64,000 nucleotides of DNA, from positions 33,728,001-33,792,000 of the forward strand of contig CATNEN010000038.1 in the NCBI GenBank assembly GCA_950097015.1, written 5' to 3'. The DNA comes from Macrostomum hystrix (lineage: Eukaryota; Animalia; Platyhelminthes). Position 1 is the first letter of the stretch; the number at the start of each line of letters is the position of its first letter. A program made the position numbers and the translations under genes. Positions 49,416 through 61,286 of the stretch are shown one piece after another. Below the pieces are notes generated by a model. The model was not told where the DNA came from, did no database searches, and saw only the letters and a program-made list of their open reading frames with translations.

Positions 49416-51667
49416 CCACTAGCCTACTGACCCTTCTCTGCCTCACTCCTCTACTTTACCACTTGGCATGCTCTGCTGGCCATAGACGTTTGCCCACCCC
49501 CCACTGTTCTGTCTGTCACACTTCCTAGTCTTACCACTTGGCATGCTCTGCTGGCCATAGATTATATGCGCTGATAGGCGACCAAACCGCCAAAAATTCG
49601 ATAGAGTCATCGCAAAATTAAACACGAAGCTTATCCAAACCGACGGAGATGCCTACCAACATGAATGCTCCAAGGAGAGAAAGACGACAGGCTGCAAAGC
49701 AGGCACTTCGCCGTTTGGGCTTGGACAGCAGCGATTCAAGCGAAAGCGACTCCTACTACACGGCTGAGAGTGATGAAGGGACGGATGAAGAGGACAATCC
49801 AGTTCAGGCTGAAGAAATGCCGGAGGCGTTCGACGAATGGAGAGAAGTCACCGTTGAGAATGATCAACGGGCTCATGTCGTCCCGGAATTTCTTGGTGTT
49901 CAAGGAGTCAACCCACTGTTTCCTGTGCCCGAGGATATCGAAAACGGTTGGGACACGATTCTAAGTCAATTTCTACCTGACCACCTGCTGCACCAGCTTT
50001 GCGAATGGACTAACAAAAGAGTTGAGCAAGAGGTTGACAAGTTTCATGAGGAACACGATGGGGAGGAATAGCCGTACGGTTTGAAGACCTGGAAGGCCTG
50101 TACCATCTTTGAGATGAAGGTCATTGGGATGCTGCTCTGCACTGGAGTCATCCAGAAACCAGAGGTGTCGTCCTACTGGTCCACCGATCCGTTGTACTTT
50201 CATCCCTTCATTCATGACAAGGCGTGTCTTCCTCGAGCTAGCTTCCAGCAGATCATATCGTGGCTGCTTTGCTATGACTGCCTGCACTTTGACGCCGCTG
50301 ATCCCCTGTGCAAGATCCGGCCATTTCTCGAGGCTGTACAGAGGATCTGCAAGAACTGCTACTTACCGACACGGGACGTTGCGATCGATGAGGCGTTGCT
50401 ACTGTACAAGGGACGCTTGCACTTCAAGCAATACATGCCGAATAAACTGGCCAAGTTTGGCATCAAGCTGTACTGCTTGGCGGAGTCAACCAGAGGATAC
50501 ATGTGGAACTTCCTCGTCCATTCAACGGCGGGTGCGAACAACCAGTTTGGAAATGACGTGCCGCAACTGTCACTGAGTGAGCGAATTGTTATCGAGCTCA
50601 GTCGTGACATCCTCGATCTCGGCTACAGGATCTTTTGTGACAGTTGGTTTTCATCAGTCCGACTGGCTGAGCATCTGCTGACCAGGAGCACAGCGCTAAC
50701 AGGTACAATTCGCAAGGATCGAGGGATCCCGCAGATTCTGCGCGACCTGCCGCTACAGCCGCTCAGTCACTCGTTTGCCAGGAGCGGGGATGTGCTCGTC
50801 ATGAAGATTGTCGACAGGAGGAGCTCTGGAATAAAGACTGTTTACCTGGTTGATTCGGCCTCTACTGCAGGCTGCACACAGGTCAGGAGAGTACTGCGAG
50901 GTGGAGAGGAACAGCAGGTATTGAAGCCGAACTCTGTGCTGGAGTACAACCAACGCATGGGTGGTGTCGATCGCATGGATGCTGCTGCTCAGACCTACAG
51001 TGCTTGTCGCAAGACTCACAAATGGTTTGTAAAGTTGAGCGTGTTTTTGCTGCAACAGCTGGTGAGAAACTCATGGCTTATTTACAAACACCTGGGAGGC
51101 TCGCAAACGTTTCTGGCTTACACAGAGCGCTGCATCAAGCACCTGATATTGAGCAGTGGAGATGGAAGAGTGAGAGTACATCGTCGTGCACTGTGCCACC
51201 AAGCAGGTGATGCCGACATCCACCATCGTCCCCAAAGGCTGCCACCGACTGAAGCTCAGCAGCGTCCAGCCAAACGCTGCCGAGTCTGTTACCAACGTGG
51301 ACAGCAAAAGCGAACAGTTTTCTTTTGTGGCGGTTGCGACGGTCAGCCGGGTCTTTGCGTGGACCAGTGCTTTGCCGATTGGCATTCTGCCAACTGACGC
51401 TATTGACATTGGCCGTGCAGTACCGCAAATTAGCATTCACAGCTGACACGTATGATCTTATTCTGTGCTGAGCTTAATCGTGCATTACGTACCTGTTTCG
51501 TTAACTCGTTTCACATTGTATCAAATATATATTTCTTTCGGATAAGTTACTATGATTCTTCTTGTTGGGCTGCGAAGTGACTGAGACCGTCTTTTGGCAA
51601 AACCATAGACTAAAATTTGCAGTGGAAGTGTCGTGGAATGAGCCATGGCATGCATAGCATGCCACGG
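49416..51667 (+). mobile_element. piggyBac transposon
   Basis: Begins after TTAA (49412-49415); internal repeats TTACCACTTGGCATGCTCTGCTGGCCATAG x2 on the left and one diverged inverted copy at the right junction; removal restores the PLA2 frame. Confidence 0.85.
49649..51397 (+). pseudogene. piggyBac (PGBD4-like) transposase with an internal stop
   Basis: AIDEALL..KQYMPNK..KFGIK, FCDSWFSS, YNQRMGGVDRMD, C-terminal Cys-rich domain; in-frame stop at 50069-50071. Confidence 0.92.
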
Positions 51668-52182
51668 GTAATCATGGGGATTTTCCAGAGGAGAAGACTC
51701 GCTGGGACAAAGAAATGCTCAGAATGCTAGACAATATGGGGGCTTCAAGCGGGTGGAGGGAATCGATCGCTCGGAAGCTAGTTAAAGCTGTTATTTTTGG
51801 TAAGACAAAAAGTTGGGGTTGGAGATTGGCGGGGTGGGTTTTGTATTGCATGCGCCAAATAAAGAACTTGGAGCTGGGGTTGAGAAGGCAATGTTACAGA
51901 CTTTCATAAATTAGGGGTGGTTGGAAAAATGGAAAGATCAATACTTCTTTGCATGGACATATGTTGGGATTCTCTCCTTGATTGATATTGATTATTGGCC
52001 AAATTGCAAGGCCAGTTAGCCCGCCAAGTTGGCCTCGGCCTCGGAATTTGGCCCGCCTAGTCCACTATGAATATTAAAAATAGCCATGACGGCATGCTTA
52101 TTTTTGTTCTAGAATTTTTTAGAATTTTCTATAGGGCTATAAATATGAGTACAACGAAAATTGTGCACGTTCCGCCAAAAAC

Positions 52183-52735
52183 ATGCCGTCTCTTTTGACT
52201 CTCAAGGAACGTATTGTTGCAATGAAATGGAAGCAAAGAAGTAAACTAACGCTACTCGTAGCTAGCCACAGAAAATCTGACTTCAGACGTATAAATTTGG
52301 AAGCATTTCTTCAAGAAGAGGAGCCGCACTATAAAGATAATGAACTGTTTTTGCAACGTCTTCGGGAGTATCGATCCTTGCAAAACAAGCTTCTCTATCT
52401 AGAACAAACCGTTCGTCAACAATCTAGATTCAATCAGGAAAGACATGCGGAGGAAGAGGAAGCGGATAATATCCGTTTCCAGGAGGCCGATCCACCACTG
52501 CCCTATCCGCCTGTGGAACCGCCGGCGCCAGCAGCCCGGTCCGTCACAACCTGTGATTCTCCCGAAGGCCGAGCCAATGGATATGGTTTCTGGAGGTGTG
52601 TGTCCCTATTTTCAGCACGAACCACAAAATCCTATTCTCACTCTATGTTGCAGGGGCGTCTTCTGCAACGAGTGTTTGACAGACGCACTTACTCGGGGTG
52701 TGAAAACCTGTCCTCTCTGCAGGACCCCCGTCTGA
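52183..52735 (+). pseudogene. Coiled-coil plus C-terminal RING-finger protein, frameshifted
   Basis: TATAAA at 52138; after a frameshift near 52545: VCPYF..PILTLCC..VFCNECL..TCPLCR. Confidence 0.65.
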
Positions 52736-53205
52736 CAAGTGTAACTGTAACTTTTTTACTCAAGCGTTGTTGCTAAAATCTGACCCTCAGATTGGCTCAT
52801 TTCGTACTCTGGTGAACCCCATGCCGGCGCGTGTGGAGTGGCTTATTGATTTTTTTTGCGCTACATACACCCCCTGCCTCCATTATTATCTATCTCTCTT
52901 TCTCACTCAACCCTTTATTTTTATCTGCGTGCAGTATATGTACATGTTCCCTCACCCTCTCAGTTGCGAACTGCAGCATGATTCGACAGTTTTTCAGCTA
53001 AGCAAACAGCTATTTTCATAACATGCGTACTACTGAAGTTACATAAATACACACGTGTGATCATTGAGAGAATGTAAGCTGCTCAATGATTTCTGCAAAG
53101 TTATTGTAGCTGTCATAGTCCTTTATAATTACTCCATACTTATGAAACCAGTGACTCTTAACCGCTAGATTAATATATATGATTAATATATTAATACTAT
53201 AATTT

Positions 53206-53546
53206 TTTTGTCCCAGATATGCAACTCACAATGGAAAGTAGAGAATATGGAGACGGATTTTTTTTGGCGGGGACTTTTTTTCCTTCGGAAGGTAATAATT
53301 ATAATTAATAATAATAATTACCTTAGAGGTAATAAAGGTAATGGTTTGTGCATTAAGGAGGCTGCGAAAATTTTTGTCCTAGATATGCAACTCACAAACT
53401 GATGTGGAATATTAAAAGTAGAGAATTTAGAATATGGAGACGGAGTTTTCGCGAGAGAGGTGGGGACCCTTTTTTCCTGATCTCTTTGGGAAGAATAAAG
53501 GTAATGGTTTGTACATTATGGAGGCTGCGATTATTTTTGTCCTAGA
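53206..53546. repeat. Diverged tandem duplication (~165-bp unit x2)
   Basis: TTTTTGTCC(C/T)AGA, AGAATATGGAGACGGA and AATAAAGGTAATGGTTTGT..GGAGGCTGCGA each recur. Confidence 0.7.
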
Positions 53547-53575
53547 AGCCCCCTCTTGCATACTACTTTTTCCAG

Positions 53576-53811
53576 ACGTTGTGTGGAGCTGCAAAAAGTT
53601 AAAAGATGCCACTAAGTCGGAGATAGAAACCGCCGTCGCAGACCATTTGCGACATGAACCGACGCGAGTCAAGCGGAAGGAAAAACACACCCAGTCTAGA
53701 CGCAGCAACCGAACAGGGCAGGATAATCAGCTTGACCCATCTGCAGCCAGTAGCCTTAATGACGAGGACGGCAGCTGGACTGATCATAGGGCTACTCAAG
53801 ATGACCGTTAG
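53576..53811 (+). pseudogene. Orphan last exon of an EnSpm accessory gene
   Basis: tccag|DVVWSCKKLKDATKSEIETAVADHLRH is homologous to the exon at 63800 (VVWSVHKDAKGEAIESAVGEHLRH); followed by CAACGTTG-type subterminal repeats at 54330-54490. Confidence 0.65.
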
Positions 53812-55448
53812 GAAGCCGACTTTGAAGCTGATGATTCCAGTTGATTTAATTCCGATTAGCAACTTACAATCAATTAGTATGCAAATGTACATGTACACCA
53901 TGTATACAATTTCATATTTCTAATATATATTTATTATTTTTTCGTAAAAAATAAGTCTAAAATATACACCGTATTAATTAAATATGTACGTATTTTCCCT
54001 TAAAGGATGCAATGATGTGTACGACAATTGAACTTGCTGAACAGAGTTTGGGATCAATCATTGCGTTATATATTTCTAGTATTTTGCCTACCATAATTAG
54101 TGCAGAGTGCAGACTTTTTAATGGTTTTCAGGTAAGGCCCGGTTCCAAATCCCCTCTTTGTCTCGATCTGTAATAAGCTTGATCAATTTTGGATACATTT
54201 ATACATGTAGAATGTCCTAAATTACTTTAAGTAGTAAGTACGGAATGCTAGCGTAGAAATTTACAAAATTTACAATATTTTACGATCGGTAGAAGCAATT
54301 TATACAAATAAAAAAATGGTAATGGTTTCTAGAACGTTGCTACAATGTTACACGTCAATGTTGACATAGCAAAATTGACGGCAACCCCTAGTGCCATCTT
54401 TAGTTGCTGCAACATTGACGTTGTTGACAGCGCGCGCTTGGCATCAACGTTGACATAAAAATGTTGCTGAATTGTTGCAGGAACATTGATATAGAAAAAG
54501 ATTTCAAATGTGTGAATTTCTGGCAATTGAATTATTGCAACTCGTTTAGATTCGGAGCTCCTTAAATTAAAATTGTACGGAGTTATTCATTTATGTAATT
54601 CTAATTCAGAAGAATCTGTTTCTTTAATGTATACGTAAAGATTTGTTAAATGTAGCTGCTACAGTTTTTACTAACCAACTTGATTTAATTTCTACCGTCA
54701 GGCACATCGACACGGATTTCTAGCTGCACAAAAAATCGTTGCTATTTAGGCCTACTGTTTACCTAACTTTCTATTTGACTTTTTGTTTAGCTTTTTATTT
54801 GGTTTATTGCATGTTTGCTTAGCTTTAAAGTTGGCATAAGTCGAAGGCCTAGAATACAAAAACGTAACTAAAATTAATTAGATAAAAATCTGTTGTTGCA
54901 AAGCTCTTCCTACTACACTAGCCCTTGAATTTAAACTTAAAGAACATAAAAATATTATTGCCTAGGCCTTAGCCTGGCTACTATATTAAGTTGGGAATGC
55001 CAGTTTTTTTGTTTGCTCCTGGGATTACAACCATAGCTTTTTTTGTTTACTTGATTGTAACTTGCAAAACTACCCAAGAGATAGACAAAGATCAAGTTGA
55101 ACCTGAAGTTGCAAATAATCAGGACCAGGCCCTTAGTGGTCTAGCATCTAATATTGTATTTTTGTCTGGGCCATCTGCTTCTGCACCTACTCTAAGTGAA
55201 GACACAGTTGTTGTAGGTAAATAATAATGCAATGAAACTCTGTTTCTAATATATATTTTTTATGCTTATCTAATATATAAAGTATTTTGATTATGTTATG
55301 CTTAGCCTTATTTAGGCCAAACATTTGTTAGTATAGGCCTAATACTTAAGGTTAGTTAGTATAATATGTTGCTAGGCCCTATAATATAAATATAATACAA
55401 ACTCATGTTGTTGGTATAAATATGATTATATATATATATATATATATA

Positions 55449-56888
55449 CTTGCTATACTGCGATGATTTAGTGATCTTTGGAGAGAATCCTCGAGAGTTG
55501 CAGAAGGGCCTCGATAAAGTGTCAGAATTTTGTCAGAGCCACAAGCTAGAAATCAATATGCAAAAAACTAAGGTTATTAGCTGTTGCCCTGACCCATCAA
55601 AGACGGCTAACAAACTATTTCTGCAGGGACAACTGTTAGATAGCGTCAAAGAATGGAAATATCTTGGCTTTCACATCAATGCTAAAGGAACCGTGGATTC
55701 CCATGCCACAGAGATTAACAAAAAATGTGGATATCCTATTCTTCTCTTAAGGAAATTAGCCAGCCATGGGGCGGTCAGATACAATCAGCTCATGCTGTAC
55801 TGCACAGCAATGATAGAAAGCATAGCTCTGTACGCCTCTGAGGCCTGGGGGGCTTTTGTCTCGTGGAACCTGGGTCCTTGGGACCGCTGTCTTTTTGAAA
55901 GAGTAAACATCAGGTGCTGTAAAGCCATACTACAAGTCAGCCAAAATACGGATGGCAACGGGGCCCGCTCGGAGTTAGGCAGATTGCCTTTATTATACAA
56001 CATCCAGAAAAGAAGCATTTCGTACTGGGCCTCCATAACAAGCCGGCCGGACTCCATAATTTCCAAGTTATTGGCGGACCAAACATACAGTGATGTTGGA
56101 ATCAAAGCAAAGACCAACAATGAGGTTATGCTGAACTGCAGAGGCATTAGTCCTGCAAAAGCAATTGGAAACCACAGGAAAAATTTCGTTTCTCAGTTCG
56201 ATACCCATTGGAGACAAAGGACACAGAACTCAAGCAAGCTAAGTCACTTCTATTACTCCTTCAAGCAATATTATTCAGCCGAAAAATATTTACAACAAAT
56301 ATACAACCCGGAGTGGAGACGTACCATAGCCTCGTTTAGACTAGGAAACCATAAGCTAGCTTGCGAAACATTGCGAACTGCGAGACCGAAAATTCCGTAT
56401 GCAAATAGATTATGTAGTAAGTGCAAAACAGAAGTTGAAAACGAGGTCCACTTCCTTTTTAAGTGCACTTGGAATAAGTATAGCGCAGTACGTTCGAAAT
56501 TTGAGACGGAAGTTTCTGGGAAAACCCCCAATTTCATATCCTTAACAGCAGAAGAAAAATCTAACTACATAATGGCTCAAGACGATAGGGAAACCGCTGA
56601 AGCTTTAGCAAAATACATCATAGAAATATCTAAAATAAGGGAACAGCTGCCCTGAGACTACGAGATTTTACTAGCATTCAACAATAGATATTTCATAATT
56701 TGTTTTATCCCTGGCGTCCCTTGTGTTTTTACTGCTCTTATTTTTAATACCTTTGCTTTCCCTTCCCAGCTCGATATTTGATTCCTACTTAACTTCGCTT
56801 TTTATGTTGCTTTTCGTTGTTCATTTAAATGTGTTGTTAAAAAATATATATATAAAAAAATCAGCACCCATAGATGGCGTGCGCGTTT

Positions 56889-56917
<29 letters not shown>
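55449..56917 (+). mobile_element. 5'-truncated non-LTR retrotransposon (RTE-X/L2-like)
   Basis: Starts at the RT YCDD motif directly after a (TA)n run and ends in a (TAA)n tail at 56889-56917. Confidence 0.85.
55450..56655 (+). pseudogene. LINE ORF2 C-terminal half (RT end, thumb, CCHC finger)
   Basis: YCDD, KTKV, KYLG, RSELGR, FRLGNHKL..RLCSKC..ENEVHFLFKC. Confidence 0.88.
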
Positions 56918-56919
<2 letters not shown>

Positions 56920-58946
56920 AACTATTTTTAGTTCAAGTTTGCCTCAATTATATACCATTTGGTATAGTCTATTTATATATCTATATTAGGCCTATTGCTC
57001 TATATCATAAAATGTTTGTCTAAACATTCCTTTATTATAAGAAGTAAGACTAAGACTGCCAAAATAAAGATTAAAGTGTAGATTGCAAATATCAATAAGT
57101 TTTTTTGCATTTTGGATGTAAAATAGACTTAGAAATGATTAAAGAGCAAATTTCAACTATAAATAAAAAGTGTTGCAAATCATAAATTTTTTGTATAAGA
57201 TCTATAGTTCAGAACACTATATGTGCCCCACAAAAAAACTGTCAACATTCTCTTAATGCCAATATATACCATTTATAATACTTTACACAAAACATCTAAA
57301 TTGCTAGGAATAAGTGATGGAACATGATGGGTGATTTAGATATTTAATTTAAATGAGATGAGCTAAAAACTAAAAATAACAGTTATAGTTATATTTATAT
57401 AATGTTATATATATTAAAAAAACAAAAGTAAACTTTGTGCATTTTTGTTAAAAATCATGACTTTTAACTTATAAAAAACAGAATTCAGTTTTGCATTAAT
57501 TTTATATCAAATTTTATAGTAATGTATGCATGGACAACTATTGTAACAATTATTAATAACATAACTTTTCATTCTTTGTGTGTCACAAAAATATTAAACA
57601 TATATGCCAAAAGCCTTAGAAAATCACTTTTTGTGTATGCCAATGTATGCTAAATTTCTTGAGTGTACCCTAGAAATTTCTGGGGTACAAGATGCCTTCT
57701 TCTGGACTATGGTATAAGATTGTTTCATAAGAAATGTTATATTTAATAACTAGCTAATGATAGCTAAATTAATTTAAATAAAACAAAATTTATTGAAAAG
57801 TTATTTGTTGGATATGAAGTGCTAGTCAAAATTCAAGAGACTTGAGTATCAAGCTTAAAAGTATATAATGCTGGCTATTTGTATTCAACCTAATTTGTTA
57901 ATTTTTATATATGCTCCTAAAGACCCTATATTAGTTTTATTATTTATTATATTTATTAGTTTTAGTTTTACTATATTAGACCCTAAATCAAACCTTGCCT
58001 ATAAAAATGTTTGCTATGCTAAATGATGAATTTGGTGTATTTGGGATTTGTTCATAATGATAATTGTCAACTTGATTTATTTTTGCTTTTGGCAAAACTT
58101 TGAGTAAATTTTTTCATCTATAATGCTTCTGTTTGGAGAAAATAAAGCTTGCAATGTTGTTAAACAATTATTATTTTCTTTAAAGCACAAGATGCAAGTT
58201 TTAGGAAATTTGTGGATTGTATATTAGATTTGTAATATAAACATATTTTTTGCTATAATTTATATTATATATATGTTGCAATAAGCATATACTTATGTTG
58301 AGTACTCATTATCAAGGGTATGATCTTGATACTCTGACAGTTTCTTGCTAGGTCTTGCTCAAGGTATTGAAGGCATAGAAGGCTTCATTATGCTGGCGTA
58401 ATTATGAGGCTTTCATTTCATCCATTTCTCTATAATTTGTCTAGGTTTTTCCTCAACATCTGTTCATGGAGCCAGTAAGCGAACAGTCCAACGACATATT
58501 AAGAGAAGCTACGAGGAAGCTGCAGTTATGCTGCATTGCCCATGTCACACTGAAGATCCAAGTCAACAGCCAACTGAGCCTATGGCAGAGCTTGGAATTC
58601 ATGCTGCTCCTGAGCCCACAGAAGAGTCTCAAATGGAACTTGAATACCAGGAGATGACTAGTGATGATGTTGGTAAGATTGAATGTATCTATTTTTTATA
58701 ATAACCCCTAATTGCTTTCAACACTTTTTATTGACATCTTAGTGTGCTTGATCCTCTAAACTGAATATGAACCTTACACCATCCATTATTCATTTCTGCT
58801 TTACAAATAAATTAACTTAAATTTTTTCTGTAACTTTGAAAGTTAAACAAAAATTTAGAGTAAAAATGTGATTTTATCAACAATTATGTGCATAATCTTT
58901 TTAATAGTTTTTGATAATACTCTAGCTATTTATTTCTTACATTTAG

Positions 58947-60787
58947 GAAACCTGACTTCTTCAACGATTGAATCAGCCCTTCATTCTGATGACAACCAAT
59001 GTGCGAGACTCGAGGCCATGCTTCGAGACTGGGTTAAAGCAACAGGCCCAGAAGTGCCGTGCGTGAACTACTTGCTTCAGAATCTACAAGACGAGTTTCC
59101 TGGTCTAGCTGCTGACTATCGTGGACTAATGACTACACCAAGGGAGCTTACTTTTCGCTATGTCAACCCAGGGCGATATTATCATTTTGGCGTTAAAGCT
59201 GGTCTTGACTTTCTCCTGAGCAATATTGGATCACGCTCTCGTCTGGATTCCTTGAACCTCCACCTTTTTGTTGATGGTGCAAAAGTGCACAATAGCACTA
59301 CCTATACATTGTGGCCTGTGTTGGGTAGAGTTTCGAATTTGTCTCATTCTGTTTTTATAATCGGGCTTTACTATGGAACTGGCAAACCCCTCTCTGCTTC
59401 GGACTTTCTTGCCGACTGTATTACTGAATTGCGTGATTTGATGGCTGATGGATTTGTCTCTACTGTCACTTCAGAGTCAGATCTCATATTACCTTTTAAA
59501 CTTTCAATGATTACCTGCGATTCACCAGCACGCAGCTTTGTACGAGTAAAAGGAACAAAAGCATGTTGGGGATACTTTGGTTGCGACAAGTGCACTGTTG
59601 AAGGGGACTTTTGTAATGGAAGAGTGACATTTTCTGACCTAAGTGCTGCACTACGAACTGACTTTGGCTTCAGAGGTGATGTATACCCAAATCATGTTCT
59701 TCTACCAAGCCCTTTTTTAAGTTTGCCCATCGACATGGTTCATGATTTTCCTCTGGATCCAATGCACTTAATATACGAGGGTATTGTTCCTAAATGTTTA
59801 AAATTCCTCGGTAAGGGACGCTTGCCCCATCGAGCATCTGGACCTAATATTCGTCAGATAAGTGCTGATCTGTGTTCTATTTCGTCTTGCATTCCGCATG
59901 ATTTTGCACGAAAGCCACGGTCGATTGAGTGCGTGGGTCTTTGGAAGGCAACTGAGTTTAGATTGTTTATTTTGTACTTGGCGCCAATTGTTTTAGCTGG
60001 AAACGTCCCTGAATCTGTGTATCAATTATTTCTTTCTCTGCATTCGTTTGTTTTCCTATTGTCGCATCCTTTGGTTTGTCAAACGTACTGCTCTTATGCC
60101 GAAGATTTGGCAAAGCACATTGTTAATGAATGTGCAATTATTTGGGGTGACGAGTTTATCGTGTACACTGTGCATTCAATAATTCATATTCCTTCAGAAG
60201 TTCGTCGACGTGGTCCGTTGGATAGTTTTAGTTGCTTTTGGGGCGAAAATTTTATCCGCTTTATTACCCAGTTTGTTCGCAGTCCACGTTTTGCTCTCGA
60301 GCAGACTGTGAAGCGAATTCTGGAGAGAGATGTGACTCTCGGTTTTTTTCCTAAGCACATGTGTTCTATTCAGTCGCCTTTTGAATATTCCGATCCAATT
60401 GCATCTTCGAATGTAGACTTCTCATTGCAAGGAGTTCAGACATTTGGTATTTACCGTAAAGTTAGTCTTGTATTGCGTGGAACGTATATATCTGTTGCTA
60501 ATCCAGACTGCTATATTTTAACTCGAGATGGATTTGCAGTTGTAGTCACTCATATAATTTCTACTCATGTCGGTTGTATTTTCGTTGGCAAGAAATTTAT
60601 TCAGCAAACCGCCCTCTACGACGAAACTTTCGACTCAATGTCTCTGCACATTTCCGTTGTCAATACTTTAAGCAACTCACTCGTAACTGTACGATGGACT
60701 GATTTCTATGGTAAAGCGATGCTTGTAAGTCTCAAAAATCGTTCCTGCATTCTCCCTATTTTACATACATTGGTCGACTGTGCGTAG
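58947..60787 (+). CDS. EnSpm-type transposase, main exon (element #5; upstream exon ~58445-58672)
   Basis: FVDGAKV..LWPVL, TCDSPAR..GYFGCDKC, DPMHLIYEG, WKATEFRLFILY, YTVHSIIH, SCFWGENF; uninterrupted after the AG at 58946. Confidence 0.9.
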
Positions 60788-61286
60788 CTTCTACGCACAT
60801 CAAGCATTTCTCTGCAAATGTTTGGAAGCAACTGAATGAACTCTCTGTCTGACTTCTTCTAGCTAGCTGCTTTCTCATTCAGCAAATGTTGGTTTCATTT
60901 TTAGCCACTCCCACTGAGTAAGCAGGTAATATTAGAAAATATAAATGTTTGTGGGAAGAACATACTATCATTTCACGCTGTCACTAATTTCATGCTTTCA
61001 TATTAAATTCTTTCCAACAATCGCATATAGACCTAGACATGATTAGGCATAGACATGCGAAATATATGACAGTCCCTTTTTAGATGGTTTTCTTTGCTTC
61101 GCAAAATGGTTTTGCTGTTTGTTAACAGATTTTTAGTGAAGGTAGGCTTCTGAAATATATGCGTTGCGTTTTCACCCATAGTACTATAAAATAATAAAGG
61201 AAAATGTGTTCCGATCCGATAGCTTTTCTAACTTTGCTTTGTTTCCCTCCAACTTTTATTTCAGCATATTCGGGCCAAGTCTATGA

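Larger units (their letters stand above)
49210..51830 (+). pseudogene. Parvovirus-VP1u-like phospholipase A2 (PLA2X-type), split by piggyBac
   Basis: GYKYCGPLN..PVNELDSVCMWHDIN (49210-49415) continues as HGDFPEEKTRWDKEML..RESIARKLVKAVI after 51671. Confidence 0.85.
46010..52740. mobile_element. Polinton/Maverick (adintovirus-like) fragment
   Basis: Adjacent pPolB, rve integrase, PLA2-like and RING ORFs; no TIRs or capsid genes seen. Confidence 0.85.
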
